A DNA stretch of 62,434 bases, filler included, from Squatina squatina (lineage: Eukaryota), in the NCBI GenBank assembly GCA_031763465.1. It is 4 parts of 4 records of this genome, joined end to end, with 100 filler letters (N's around TTAATTAATTAA, not from the genome) between each part and the next. Parts side by side here need not be neighbours in the genome. Positions count along the whole stretch, not along the records: positions 1 to 20,696 come from JARFOE010000243.1; 3 more parts are not named here. One strand, 5' to 3'. Shown piece after piece: positions 1-12,000 of this stretch (position 1 is its first letter; each line of letters begins with the position of its first letter). Made by a program: the position numbers and the translations under genes. The notes below the pieces were generated by a model, which worked only from the letters and a program-made list of their open reading frames with translations, was not told where the DNA came from and searched no databases.

Positions 1-3000
1 ACCAATACTGGAATTAAGTGAGTGCCCTCTTCGCAGGGAGTGAGGACGGATCATCAGTCGTGGAATTAGGTGAGTGCACTCGAAGCAGGGAGTAAGGAAG
101 TGGGCACCAGTACTGGAATTAGGTGAGTGCCCTCGTAGCAGGGAGTGAGGAGGGATCACCAGTACTGGAATTAGGTGAGTGCACTCTCAGCAGGGAGTGA
201 GGCGGGATGACCAGTACTGGAATTAGATGTGTGCACTCTCAGCAGGTAGTAAGGAGTGAGCACCAGTAGTGGAATTAAATGAGTGCATTCAAAGCAGGGA
301 GTGAGAATGGAGCACAAGCCGTGGAATGAGGTGTGAGCACTCTAAGCAGGGAGTGAGGAGGTATCACCAGTAGTGGAATTAGGTGAGTGCACTCGAAGCA
401 GGGAGTGAGGAGGGATCACTAGTTTTGGAATTAGGTAAGTGCACTCCAAGCAGGGAGTGAGGAGGGAGCGCCGGCCGTGGAATGATGTGCGTGCACACTA
501 AGCAGGGTGTGAGGAGGGATCACTCATATTGGATAAGGTGAGTACACTCTGAGCAGGGAGTAAGTACGGAGCACCAATAGGTGAATTAGGTGAGTGCACT
601 CGAAGCAGGGAGCAATGACGGAGCAACAATATTGGAATTATGTGAGTGCTCTCTGAGCAGGGAGTGAGGAGGGATCACCAGTCGTGGAATTAGGTAAGTG
701 CACTCTAAGCAGCGAGTGAGGAGGGAGCACTAGCAGTGGAATTAGGTGAGTGCAGTCGAAGCAGGGAGTAAGGAGGGAGCACCAGTCGTGGAATGAGGTG
801 AGTGCACTCTAAGCAGGGAGTAAGCATGGAGCACCAGTTGTGGAATTATGTGAGTGCACTCGAAGCAGGGAGTGAGGAGGGATAACTAGTTTTGGAATTA
901 GTTGAGTGCACTCTAAGCAGGGAGTAAGGAGGGAGCACCAGCCGTGGAATGAGGTGCGTGCACTCTAAGCAGGGTGTGAGGAGGGATCACCCGTATTGGA
1001 AAAGGTGAGTGCACTCTGAGCAGGGAGTAAGTACGGAGCACCAATAGTGGAATTAGGTGAGTGCACTCGAAGCATTGAGTAAGGAGGGAGCAACAATAGT
1101 GGATTTATGTGAGTGCTCTCTAAGCAAGGAGTGAGGAGGGATCACCAGTCGTGGAAATAGGTGAGGGCACTCTAAGCAGCGAGTGAGGAGGGAGCACAAG
1201 TCGTGGAATTAGGTGAGTGCACTCGAAGCAGGGAGTAAGGAGGGAGCTCCTGTCGTGGAATTAGCTGTGTGCACTCTAAGCAGGGCATAAGGAGAGAGCA
1301 CCAGTCGTGGAATGAGTTGAGTGCACTCTAAGCAGGGTGTAAGGAGGTAGCACCAGAATTGGAATTAGATGAGTGCCCTCTGAGCAGGGAGTAAGCAGGG
1401 AGCACCAGTACTGGAATTATGTGAGTGCAATCGAAGCAGTGAGTGAGGAGGGATCACTAGTTTTGGAATTAGGTGAGTGCACTCTAAGCAGGGAGTGAGG
1501 AGGGGGCACCAGTAGTGTAATTATGTGAGTGCACTCTGAGCAGGGAGTGAGGAGGGATCACAAGTAGGGGAATTATGTGAGTGCACTCTCAGCAGGGAGT
1601 GAGGAGAACGCACCAGTCATGGAGTTTGGTGAGTGCAATCTAAGCTGGTAGTCAGGAGGGAGCACGAGTCGTGGAATTCGGTGAGTGCACTCAAAGCAGT
1701 GTGTAAGGAGGGAGCACCAGTAATGGAATTTGCTGAGTGCACACTAAGCAGGGAGTCAGGACAGAGCAACAGTAGTTGAATTCGGTGAGTGCACACTCGG
1801 CAGGGAGTAAGGACGGAGCACTAGTAGTGGAATTAGGTGAGTGCACTCTAAGCAGGGAGTAAGGATGTAGCAGCAGTAGTGGAATTAGGTGAGTGCATTC
1901 TAAGCAGGGAGTAAGGAGTGTGCACCAGTCGTGGAATTAAATGAGTGCATTCTAAGCAGGGAGTGAGGATGGAGCACAAGCCGTGGAATGAGGTGTGTGC
2001 ACTCTAAGCAGTGTGTGAGGAGGTATCACCAGTATTGGAAAATGTGAGTGCACTCTGAGCATGGAGTAAGTAGGACCACCAATCGTGGAATTAGGTGAGT
2101 GCACTCGAAGGAGGGAGTAAGGAGGGATCACCAGTCGTGGAATTAGGTGAGGGCACTCTAAGCAGCGAGTTAGTAGGGAGCAGCAGTAGTGGAATTAGGT
2201 GAGTGCACTCTAAGCAGTGAGTAAGGATGTAGCAGCAGTAGTGGAATTAGGTGAGTGCACTCTAAGCAGGGAGTAAGGAGGGTGCACCAGTCGTGGAATT
2301 ATGTGAGTGCACTCTAAGCAGGGAGTGAGGAGGGATCACCAGTAGTGGAATGATGTGATTGCTCTCGAAGCAGGGAGTAAGGAGGGAGCACGAGTCGTGG
2401 AAATAGGTGTGTGCCCTCTAAGCAGGGAGTAAGGAGGGAGCTCCAGTCGTGGAATTAGGTGACTGCACTCCACGCAGCGAGTAAAGGGAAAGCGCCAGTA
2501 CTGGAATTGGATGAGTGCACTCTGAGCAGTGAGTAAGGAGAGAGCTCCAGTAACGGAATTAGGTGAATGCACTCCAAGCAGGGAGTAAGGAGAGGGCACC
2601 AGTAGTGGAATTTGGTGAGTGCACTCTAAGCAGGGAATAAGGAGAGAGCACCAGGTGTGGACTTAGCTGAGTGCACTCTCAGCAGGGATTGAGGAAGGAG
2701 CACCAGTCGTTCAATTTGGTGAGAGCAATCCAAGTAGGGAGTCTGCAGGGACCACCAGTAGTGGAATTCGGTGACTGCACTCGAATCAGGGAGTGAGGCG
2801 GGAGCAAAAGTTTTGGAATTAGTTGAGTGCACTCTCAGCAGGGAGTGAGGAGGCGTCACCAGTATTGGAATTCGGTGAGTGAACTCTGAGCAGGGAGCAA
2901 GAAGGGAGCACCAATAGTGGAATTAGGTGGGTGCATTCTTAGCAGGGAGTAAGGATGGAGCACAAATAGTGGAATTACGTGAGTGCACTCCAAGCAGGGA

Positions 3001-6000
3001 GTGAGGAGGGAGCACCAGCCGTGGAATGATGTGCGTGCACTCTCAGCAGGGTGTGAGGAGGGATCACCCATATTGGACAAGGTGAGTGCACTCTGAGCAG
3101 GGAGTAAGTACGGAGCACCAATAGTGGAATGAGGTGAGTGCACTCGAAGCAGGGAGTAAGGAGGGAGCAACAATAGTGGAATTATGTGAGTGCTCTCTGA
3201 GCAGGGTGTGAGGAGGTATCACCAGTCGTGGAATTCGGTGAGTGCACTCGAAGCAGGGAGTAAGGAGGGAGCACCAGTCGTTGAATGAGGTGAGTGCACT
3301 CTAAGCAGGGCATAAGGAGGGAGCACCAGTCGTGGAATGAGGTGAGTGCACCCTAAGCAGGGAGCAAGGAGGTAGCACCAGTAGTGGAATTATGTGAGTG
3401 CACTCTGAGCAGGGAGTGAGGAGCGATCACCAGTCGTGGAATTATGTGAGTGCACTCTCAGCAGGGAGTAAGGAGGGAGCACCAGTCGTGGAATTAGTTG
3501 AGTGCACTCCAAGCAGGGAGTCAGGAGAGGGCACCAGTAGTGGAATTTGGTGAGTGCACTCTAAGCAGGGAATAAGGAGAGAGCACCAGTAGTGGAATTA
3601 GCTGAGTGCACTCTTAGCAGGGAGTAAGTACGGAGCACCAGTAGTGGAATTTGGTGAGTGCACTCTAAGCAGGGAGTAAGGAAGTAGCACCAGTAGTGGA
3701 ATTAGATGAGTGCACTCTGAGCAGGGAGTAAGCATGGAGCACCAGTTGTGGAATTATGTGAGTGCACTCGAAGCAGGGAGTGAGGAGGGATCACTAGTTT
3801 TGGAATTAGGTGAGTGCACTCTCAGCAGGGAGTAAGGAGGGAGCACCAGCCGTGGAATGAGGTGCGTGCACTCTAAGCAGGGTGTGAGGAGGGAACACCC
3901 GTATTGGAAAAGGTGAGTGCACTCTGAGCAGGGAGTAAGTACGGAGCACCAATAGTGGAATTAGGTGAGTGCACTCGAAGCATGGAGTAAGGAGGGAGCA
4001 ACAATAGTGGATTTATGTGAGTGCTCTCTAAGCAGGGAGTGAGGAGGGATCACCAGTCGTGGAAATAGGTGAGGGCACTCTAAGCAGCGAGTGAGGAGGT
4101 AGCACAAGTAGTGGAATTAGGTGAGTGCACTCTAAGCAGGGAGTAAGGATGTAGCAGCAGGAGTGGAATTAGGTGAGTGCACTCTAAGAAGGGAGTAAGG
4201 AGGGTGCACCAGTCGTGGAATTATGTGAGTGCACTCGAAGCAGGGAGTGAGGAGGGATCATCAGCAGTGGAATGATGTGAGTGCACTCGAAGCAGGGAGT
4301 GAGGAGGGATCATCAGTAGTGGAATGATGTGAGTGCACTCTGAGCAGGGAGTAAGGAGGAACACGACTCGTGGAAATAGGTGTGTGCCCTCTAAGCAGGG
4401 AGTAAGGTGGGAGCACCAGTCGTGGAATTAGTTGAGTGCACTCCAAGCAGGGAGTAAGGAGAGAGCAGCAGTAGTGGAATTTGGTGAGTGCTCTCTGAGC
4501 AGGGAATAAGGAGAGAGCACCAGTAGTGGAATTAGCTGAGTGCACTCTCAGCAGGGATTGAAGAAGGAGCACCAGTCGTTGAATTTGGTGAGAGCAATCC
4601 AAGCAGGGAGTCTGTAGGGAACGCCAGTAGTGGAATTTGGAGACTGCACTCGAAGCAGGGAGTGAGGCGGGAGCACCTGTAGTGGAATTAGGTGACTGCA
4701 CTCTCAGCAGGTTGTGAGGAGGAAGCACCTGTAGTGGAATTAGGTGACTGCACTCTCAGCAGGGATTGAGGAGGGGTCACCAGTATTGGAATTGGGTGAG
4801 TGAACTCTAAGCAGGGAGCAAGGAGGGAGCACCAATAGTGGAATTAGGTGAGTGCATTCTTAGCAGGGAGTAAGGGTGGAGCACCAATAGTGGAATTAGT
4901 TGAGTGCACTCGAAGCAGGGAGTAAGGAGGGAACACCAATACTGGAATTAGGTGAGTGCCCTCTTCGCAGGGAGTGAGGACGGATCACCAGTCGTGGAAT
5001 TAGTTGAGTGCACTCGAAGCAGGGAGTAACGAGGGAGCACGAGTACTGGAATTAGGTGAGTGCACTCTTCGCAGGGAGTGAGGAGGGGTCACCAGTACTG
5101 GAATTAGGTGAGTGCACTCTTAGCAGGCAGTGAGGAGGGATCACCAGTACTGGAATTAGATGAGTGCACTCCAAGCAGGGAGTAAGGAGAGGGCAGTGTC
5201 GTTGAATTTGGTGAGTGCACTCGAAGCAGCGAGTACGGAGAGAGCAGCAGTAGTGGAACTGGTGAGTGCACTTTAAGCAGGGAGCAAGAAGGGAGCACCA
5301 GTAGTGGAATTAGGTCAGTGCACTCTCGGCATTGAGTAAGTGGGGAGCACCAGTAGTGGAATTAGGTGAGTGCACCCAAAGCAGGGAGTACGGAGGGAGC
5401 ACCAGTAGTGGAATTAGGTGAGTGCACTCTCAGCAGGGAGTAAGGAGGGAGCACCACGAGGGAATTAGATTACTGCACTCTAAGCAGGGAGTGAGGAGGT
5501 ATCACCAGTAGTGGAATTAGCTGAGTGCACTCAAAGCAGGGAGTAAGGAGGGAGCACCAGTCCAGGAATTTGGTGAGTGCACTCTCAGCAGGTTGTGAGC
5601 AGGGAGCACCAGCAGTGTAATTAGGTGAGTGCACTCTAAGCAGGGAGTAAGGAGGGTGCACCAGTAGTGGAATTAGGTGAGTGCACTGAAAGCAGGGAGT
5701 AAGGAGGGAGCACCAGTCCAGGAATTAGGTGAGTGCACTCTCAGCAGGTTGTGAGGAGGGAGCACCTGTAGTGGAATTAGGTGAGTGAACTCTAAGCTGG
5801 GAGCAAGGAGGGAGCTCCAAGAGTCGAATTAGCTTACTGCATTCTTAGCATTGAGTAAGGATGGAGCACCAATAGTGGAATTAGGTAAGTGCAATCTAAG
5901 CAGGGAATGAGGCGGGATGACCAGTACTGGAATTAGATGAGTGCACTCTCAGCAGAGAGTAAGGAGTGAGCACCATTAGTGGAATTAAATGAGTGCATTC

Positions 6001-9000
6001 TAAGCAGGGAGTGAGAAGGGAGCACACGCCGTGGAATGAGGTGTGTGCACTCCAAGCAGGGAGTAAGGAGGGAGCACCAGTAGTGGAATTAGGTGAGTGC
6101 ACTCCAAGCAGGGAGTAAGGAGAGGGCAGTGTAGTGGAGTTTGGTGAGTGCCCTCGAAGCAGCGAGTACGGAGAGAGCACCAGTAGTGGAACTGGTGAGT
6201 GCACTTTAAGCAGGGAGTAAGGAGGGAGCACCAGTAGTGGAATTAGGTGAGTGCACTCTCAGCATGGATTAAGGGGGGAGCACCAGTACTGGAATTATGT
6301 GAGTGCACCCAAAGCAGAGAGTACGGGGGGAGCAACAGTAGTGGAATGAGGCGAGTGCACTCACAGCAGGGAGTAAGGAGGGAGCACTAGTAGTGGAATT
6401 GGATTAGTGCACTCAAAGCAGGGAGTAAGGAGAGATCACTAGTTTTGGAATTAGGTAAGTGCACTCCAAGCAGGGAGTGAGGAGGGAGCACCAACCGTGG
6501 AATGATGTGCGTGCACTCTAAGCAGGTTGTGAGGAGGGATCACCCATATTGGAAAAAGTGAGTGCACTCTGAGCACGGAGTCAGTACGTAGCACCAATAG
6601 TGGAATTAGGTGAGTGCACTCGAAGCAGGGAGTAAGGAAGGAGCACCAGCAGTGCAATTAGGTGAGTGCACTCTCAGCAGGGAGAAATGAGGGAACACCA
6701 ATACTGGAATTAAGTGAGTGCCCTCTTCGCAGGGAGTGAGGACGGATCATCAGTCGTGGAATTAGGTGAGTGCTCTCGAAGCAGGGAGTAAGGAAGTGGG
6801 CACCAGTACTGGAATTAGGTGAGTGCACTCTAAGCAGGGAGTGAGGCGGGATGACCAGTACTGGAATTAGATGAGTGCACTCTCAGCAGGGAGTAAGGAG
6901 TGAGCACCAGTAGTGGAATTAAATGAATGCATTCTAAGCAGGGAGTGAGGATGGAGCACAAGCCGTGGAATGAGGTGTGAGCTCTCTCAGCAGGGAGTAA
7001 GGAGGGAGCACCACTAGTGGAATTAGGTGAGTGCACTCCAAGCAGGGAGTAAGGAGAGGGCAGTGTAGTGGAGATTGGTGAGTGCCCTCGAAGCAGCGAG
7101 TACGGAGAGAGCACCAGTAGTGGAACTGGTGAGTGCACTTTAAGCAGGGAGTGAGGAGGGAGCACCAGTAGTGGAGTTAGGTGAGTGCACTCTCGGCATG
7201 GAGTAAGGGGGGAGCACCAGTACTGGAATTATGTGAGTGCACCCAAAGCAGGGAGTACGGAGGGAGCAACAGTAGTGGAATGAGGCGAGTGCACTCGCAG
7301 CAGGGAGTAAGGAGGGAGCACTAGTAGTGGAATTAGATTAGTGCACTCTAAGCAGGGAGTGAGGAGGTATCACCAGTAGTGCAATTAGGTGACTGCACTC
7401 GAAGCAGAGAGTGAGGAGGGATCACTAGTTTTGGAATTATGTAAGTGCACTCCAAGCAGGGAGTGAGGAGGGATCACCCATATTGGAAAAGGTGAGTGCA
7501 ATCTGAGTAGGGAGTAAGTACGGAGCACCAATAGTGGAATTAGGTGAGTGCACTCGAAGCAGGGAGTAAGGAGGGAGCAACAATAGTGGAATTATGTGAG
7601 TGCTCTCTGAGCAGGGAGTGAGGAGGGTTCACCAGTCGTGGAATTAGGTGAGTGCAATCTAAGCAGGGCATAAGGAGGGAGCACCAGTCGTGGAATTAGG
7701 TGAGTGCACTCTGAGCAGGGAGTAAGCATGGAGCACCAGTTGTGGAATTATGTGAGTGCACTCGAAGCAGGGAGTGAGGAGGGATCACTAGTTTTGGAAT
7801 TAGGTGAGTGCACTCTCAGCAGGGAGTAAGGAGGGAGCACCAGCCGTGGAATGAGGTGCGTGCACTCTAAGCAGGGTGTGAGGAGGGAACACCCGTATTG
7901 GAAAAGGTGAGTGCACTCTGAGCAGGGAGTAAGTACGGAGCACCAATAGTGGAATTAGGTGAGTGCACTCGAAGCTGGGAGTAAGGAGGGAGCACCAGCA
8001 GTGTAATTAGGTGAGTGCACTCTAAGCAGGGAGTAATGAGGGAGCAACAATAGTGGATTTATGTGAGTGCTCTCTGAGCAGGGAGTGAAGAGGGATCACC
8101 AGTCGTGGAAATAGGTGAGGGCACTCTCAGCATGAGTGAGGAGGGAGCACAAGTAGTGGGATTAGGAGAGTGCACACTTAGCAGGGAGTAAGGAGGGAGC
8201 ACCAGTCGTGGAATTAGGTGAGTGCACTCTAAGCAGGGAGTAAGGAGGTAGCACCAGTAGTGGAATTAGATGAGAGCACTCTGAGCAGGGAGTGAGCACG
8301 GAGCACCAGTTGTGGAATAATGTGAGTGCACTCGAAGCAGGGAGTGAGGAGGGAGCACTAGTTTTGGAATTAGGTGAGTGCACTCTCAGCAGGGTCTGAG
8401 GAGGGATCACCCGTATTGGAAAAGGGGAGTGCACTCTGAGCATGGAGCAACTACGGAGCACCAATAGTTTAATTATGTGAGTGCACTCGACGCAGGGAGT
8501 AAGGAGGGAGCAACAATAGTGGATTTTTGTGAGTGCTCTCTAAGCAGGGAGTGCGGAGGCATCACCAGTCATGGAAATAGGTGAGGGCATTCTGAGCAGC
8601 GAGTGAGGAGGGAGCACAAGTAGTGGAAGTAGGTGAGTGCACTCTAAGAAGATCATAAGGAGGGAGCACCAGTCGTGAAATGATATGAGTGGAGTCTATG
8701 CAGGGAGTAAGGAGAGAGCGCCAGTCGTGGATTTGGGTGTGTGTACTCTCAGCACGGAGTAACGAGCGAGCACCAGTAGTGGAATTAGATGAGTGCATTC
8801 TAAGCAGGGAATGAGGAGGTATCACCAGCAGTGGAATTAGGTGAGTGCAATCTGAGCAGGGAGTCAGGAGAGAGCAACAGTCGTGGAATTAGGTGAGTGC
8901 ATTCTAAGCTGGGAGTAATGAGGGAGCACCAGTAGTGGAATTAGGTGAGTTCTCTCTTAGCAGGGAGTGAGGAGGTATCACCAGTAGTGGAATTAGGTGA

Positions 9001-12000
9001 GCGCACTCGAGGCAGGAATGTGGAGGGATCACTAGGTTTGGAATTTGGTCACTGCACTCTAAGCAGGGAGTGAGGAGGGAGCACCAGTCGTGGAATGAGG
9101 TGTGTGCACTCTAAGGAGGGAGTGAGGAGGGATCACCAGTATTGGAAAACGTGAGTGCACTCTCAGCAGGGAAAAGTAGGGAGCACCAATAGTGGAATTA
9201 GGTGAGTGCACTCTAAGCAGGGAGTCAGGAGGGAGCACCAGCATAGGAATTAGGTGAGTGCACTCTCAGCAGGGAGTGAGGAGGGATCACCAGTCGTGGA
9301 ATTAGGTGAGTGCACTCTCAGCAGGGAGTAAGGAGCTGGCACTAGTAGTGGAATTAGGTGAGTGCACTCTAAGCAGGGAGTAAGGAGGTAGCACCAGTAG
9401 AGGAATTAGGTGAGTGCACTCTAAGCAGGATATAAGGAGGGAGCACCAGTCGTGGAATTATGTGAGTGCACTCTAAGCAGGGAGTGAGGAGGGAGCACCA
9501 GTCGTGGAATTAGGTGAGTGCACTCTCAGCAGGGTGTGAGGAGGGATCACCAGTAGTTGAATTAGGTGAGTTCTCTCTTAGCAGGGAGTGAGGATGTATC
9601 AGCAGTAGTGGAATTAGGTGAGCGCACTCGAGGCAGGAATGAGGAGGGATCACTAGTTTTGGAATTTGGTCACTGCACTCTAAGCAGGGAGTGAGGAGGG
9701 AGCACCAGTCGTGGAATGAGGTGTGTGCACTCTAAGGAGGGAGTGAGGAGGGATCACCAGTATTGGAAAACGTGAGTGCACTCTCAGCAGGGAAAAGTAG
9801 GGAGCACCAATAGTGGAATTAGGTGAGTGCACTCTAAGCAGGGAGTCAGGAGGGAGCACCAGCATAGGAATTAGGTGAGTGCACTCTCAGCAGGGAGTGA
9901 GGAGGGATCACCAGTCGTGGAATTAGGTGAGTGCACTCTCAGCAGGGAGTAAGGAGCTGGCACTAGTAGTGGAATTAGGTGAGTGCACTCTAAGCAGGGA
10001 GTAAGGAGGTAGCACCAGTAGAGGAATTAGGTGAGTGCACTCTAAGCAGGATATAAGGAGGGAGCACCAGTCGTGGAATTATGTGAGTGCACTCTAAGCA
10101 GGGAGTGAGGAGGGAGCACCAGTCGTGGAATTAGGTGAGTGCACTCTCAGCAGGGTGTGAGGAGGGATCACCAGTAGTTGAATTAGGTGAGTTCTCTCTT
10201 AGCAGGGAGTGAGGATGTATCACCAGTAGTGGAATTAGGTGAGCGCACTCGAGGCAGGAATGAGGAGGGATCACTTGTTTTGGAATTTGGTCACTGCACT
10301 CTAAGCAGGGAGTGAGGGGGGATCACCAGTATTGGAAAAGGTGAGTGCACTCTCAGCAGGGATAGGTCGGGAGCACCAATAGTGGAATTAGGTTAGTGCA
10401 CTCTAAGCAGGGAGTAAGGAGGGAGCACCAGCATAGGAATTAGGTCAGTGCACTCTCAGCAGGGAGTGAGGAGGGATTACCAGTCGTGGAATTAGGTGAG
10501 TGCACTCTAAGCAGGGAGTAAGGAGGTAGCACCAGTAGTGGAATTCGGTGAATGCACTCTAAGCAGGATGTAAGGAGGGTGCACGAGTCGTGGAATTATG
10601 TGAGTGCACTCTAAGCAGGGAGTGAGGAGGGAGCACCAGTAGTAGAATTAGGTGAGTGCACTCGAGGCAGGGTGTGAGGAGTGATCACTAGTTTTGGAAT
10701 TAGGTCACGGCACTCTAAGCAGGGTGTAAGGAGGGAGCACGAGTCGTGGAAATAAGTGTGTGCACTCTCAGCAGGGATTCAGGATGGAGCACCAGTAGTG
10801 GAATGAGGTGAGTGCAGTCTAAGCAGGGAGTGAGGAGGGATCAACCGTAGTGGAATTAGGAGAGTGCACTCTCAGCAGGGAGTAAGGAGGGAGCACCAGT
10901 AGTTCAATTTGGTGAAGGCACTCTAAGCAGGGAGTAATGAGGGAGTACCAGTATTGGAACTGGTTGAGTGCTCTCTCTACAGGGAGTGATGAGGGAGCTG
11001 CAAGTGTGGAATAATGTGCGTGCCCTCTGAGCAGTTCGTGAGGAGGAAGCAACACTCGTGGAAATAGGTGAGTGCACTTTCAGCAGGGCGTAAGGAGAGA
11101 GCGCCAGTACTGGAACTAGGTCAGTGCACTCTAAGCAGGGAGTGAGGAGGGAGCACCAGTAGTGGAATCAGGTGAGTGCACTCTAAGCAGGGAGTGAGGA
11201 GGGAGCACCAGTCGTGGAATTTCGTGAGAGCATTCCAAGCATGGAGTGAGGAGGGATCACTAGTTTTGGAATTAGGTGAGTGCACTCTCAGCAGGGTGTG
11301 AGGAGGGATCACCATTAGTGGAATTAGGTGAGTGCACTCTAAGCAGGGAGCAAGGAGGGAGCACCAATAGTGGAATTAGGTGAGTGCACTATAAGCAGGG
11401 AGTAAGGAGGGAGCACCAGTACTGGAAGTAGGTGAGTGCCGTCAAAGCAGGGAGTAAGGAGGGATCACCACTCATGGTATTTGGTGAGTGCACTCTTAGC
11501 AGGGAGCAAGGAGGGAGCACCAGTACTGGAATTAGGTGAGTGCACTCCAAGTAGGGAGTGAGGAGGGATCACCGGTACTGGAATTAGGTGAGCGCACTCC
11601 AAGCAGGGAGTAAGGAAGGAGCACCAGTAGTGGAATTAGGTCAGTGCACTCTAAGCATGGATTAAGTAGAGAGCACCAGTACTGGAATTACGAGAGTGCA
11701 CTCTCAGCAGGGAGGAAGGTGGGAGCACCAGTAGTGGAATTCGGTGAGTGCACTCGAAGCAGGGAGTAAGGAGAGTGCACCAGTACTGGAATTACGTGAG
11801 TGCACTCTCAGCAGGGAGGAAGGTGGGAGCACCAGTAGTGGAATTCGGTGAGTGCACTCTCAGCAGGGAGTAAGGAGAGAGCACCAGTAGTGGAATTAGG
11901 TGAGTGCACTCTGGGCAGAGAGTGAGGAGGGAGCACCAGTGTTTAATTAGGTGACTGCACTCCAAGCAGGGAGTGAGGAAGGTTCACCAGTAATGGAGTT

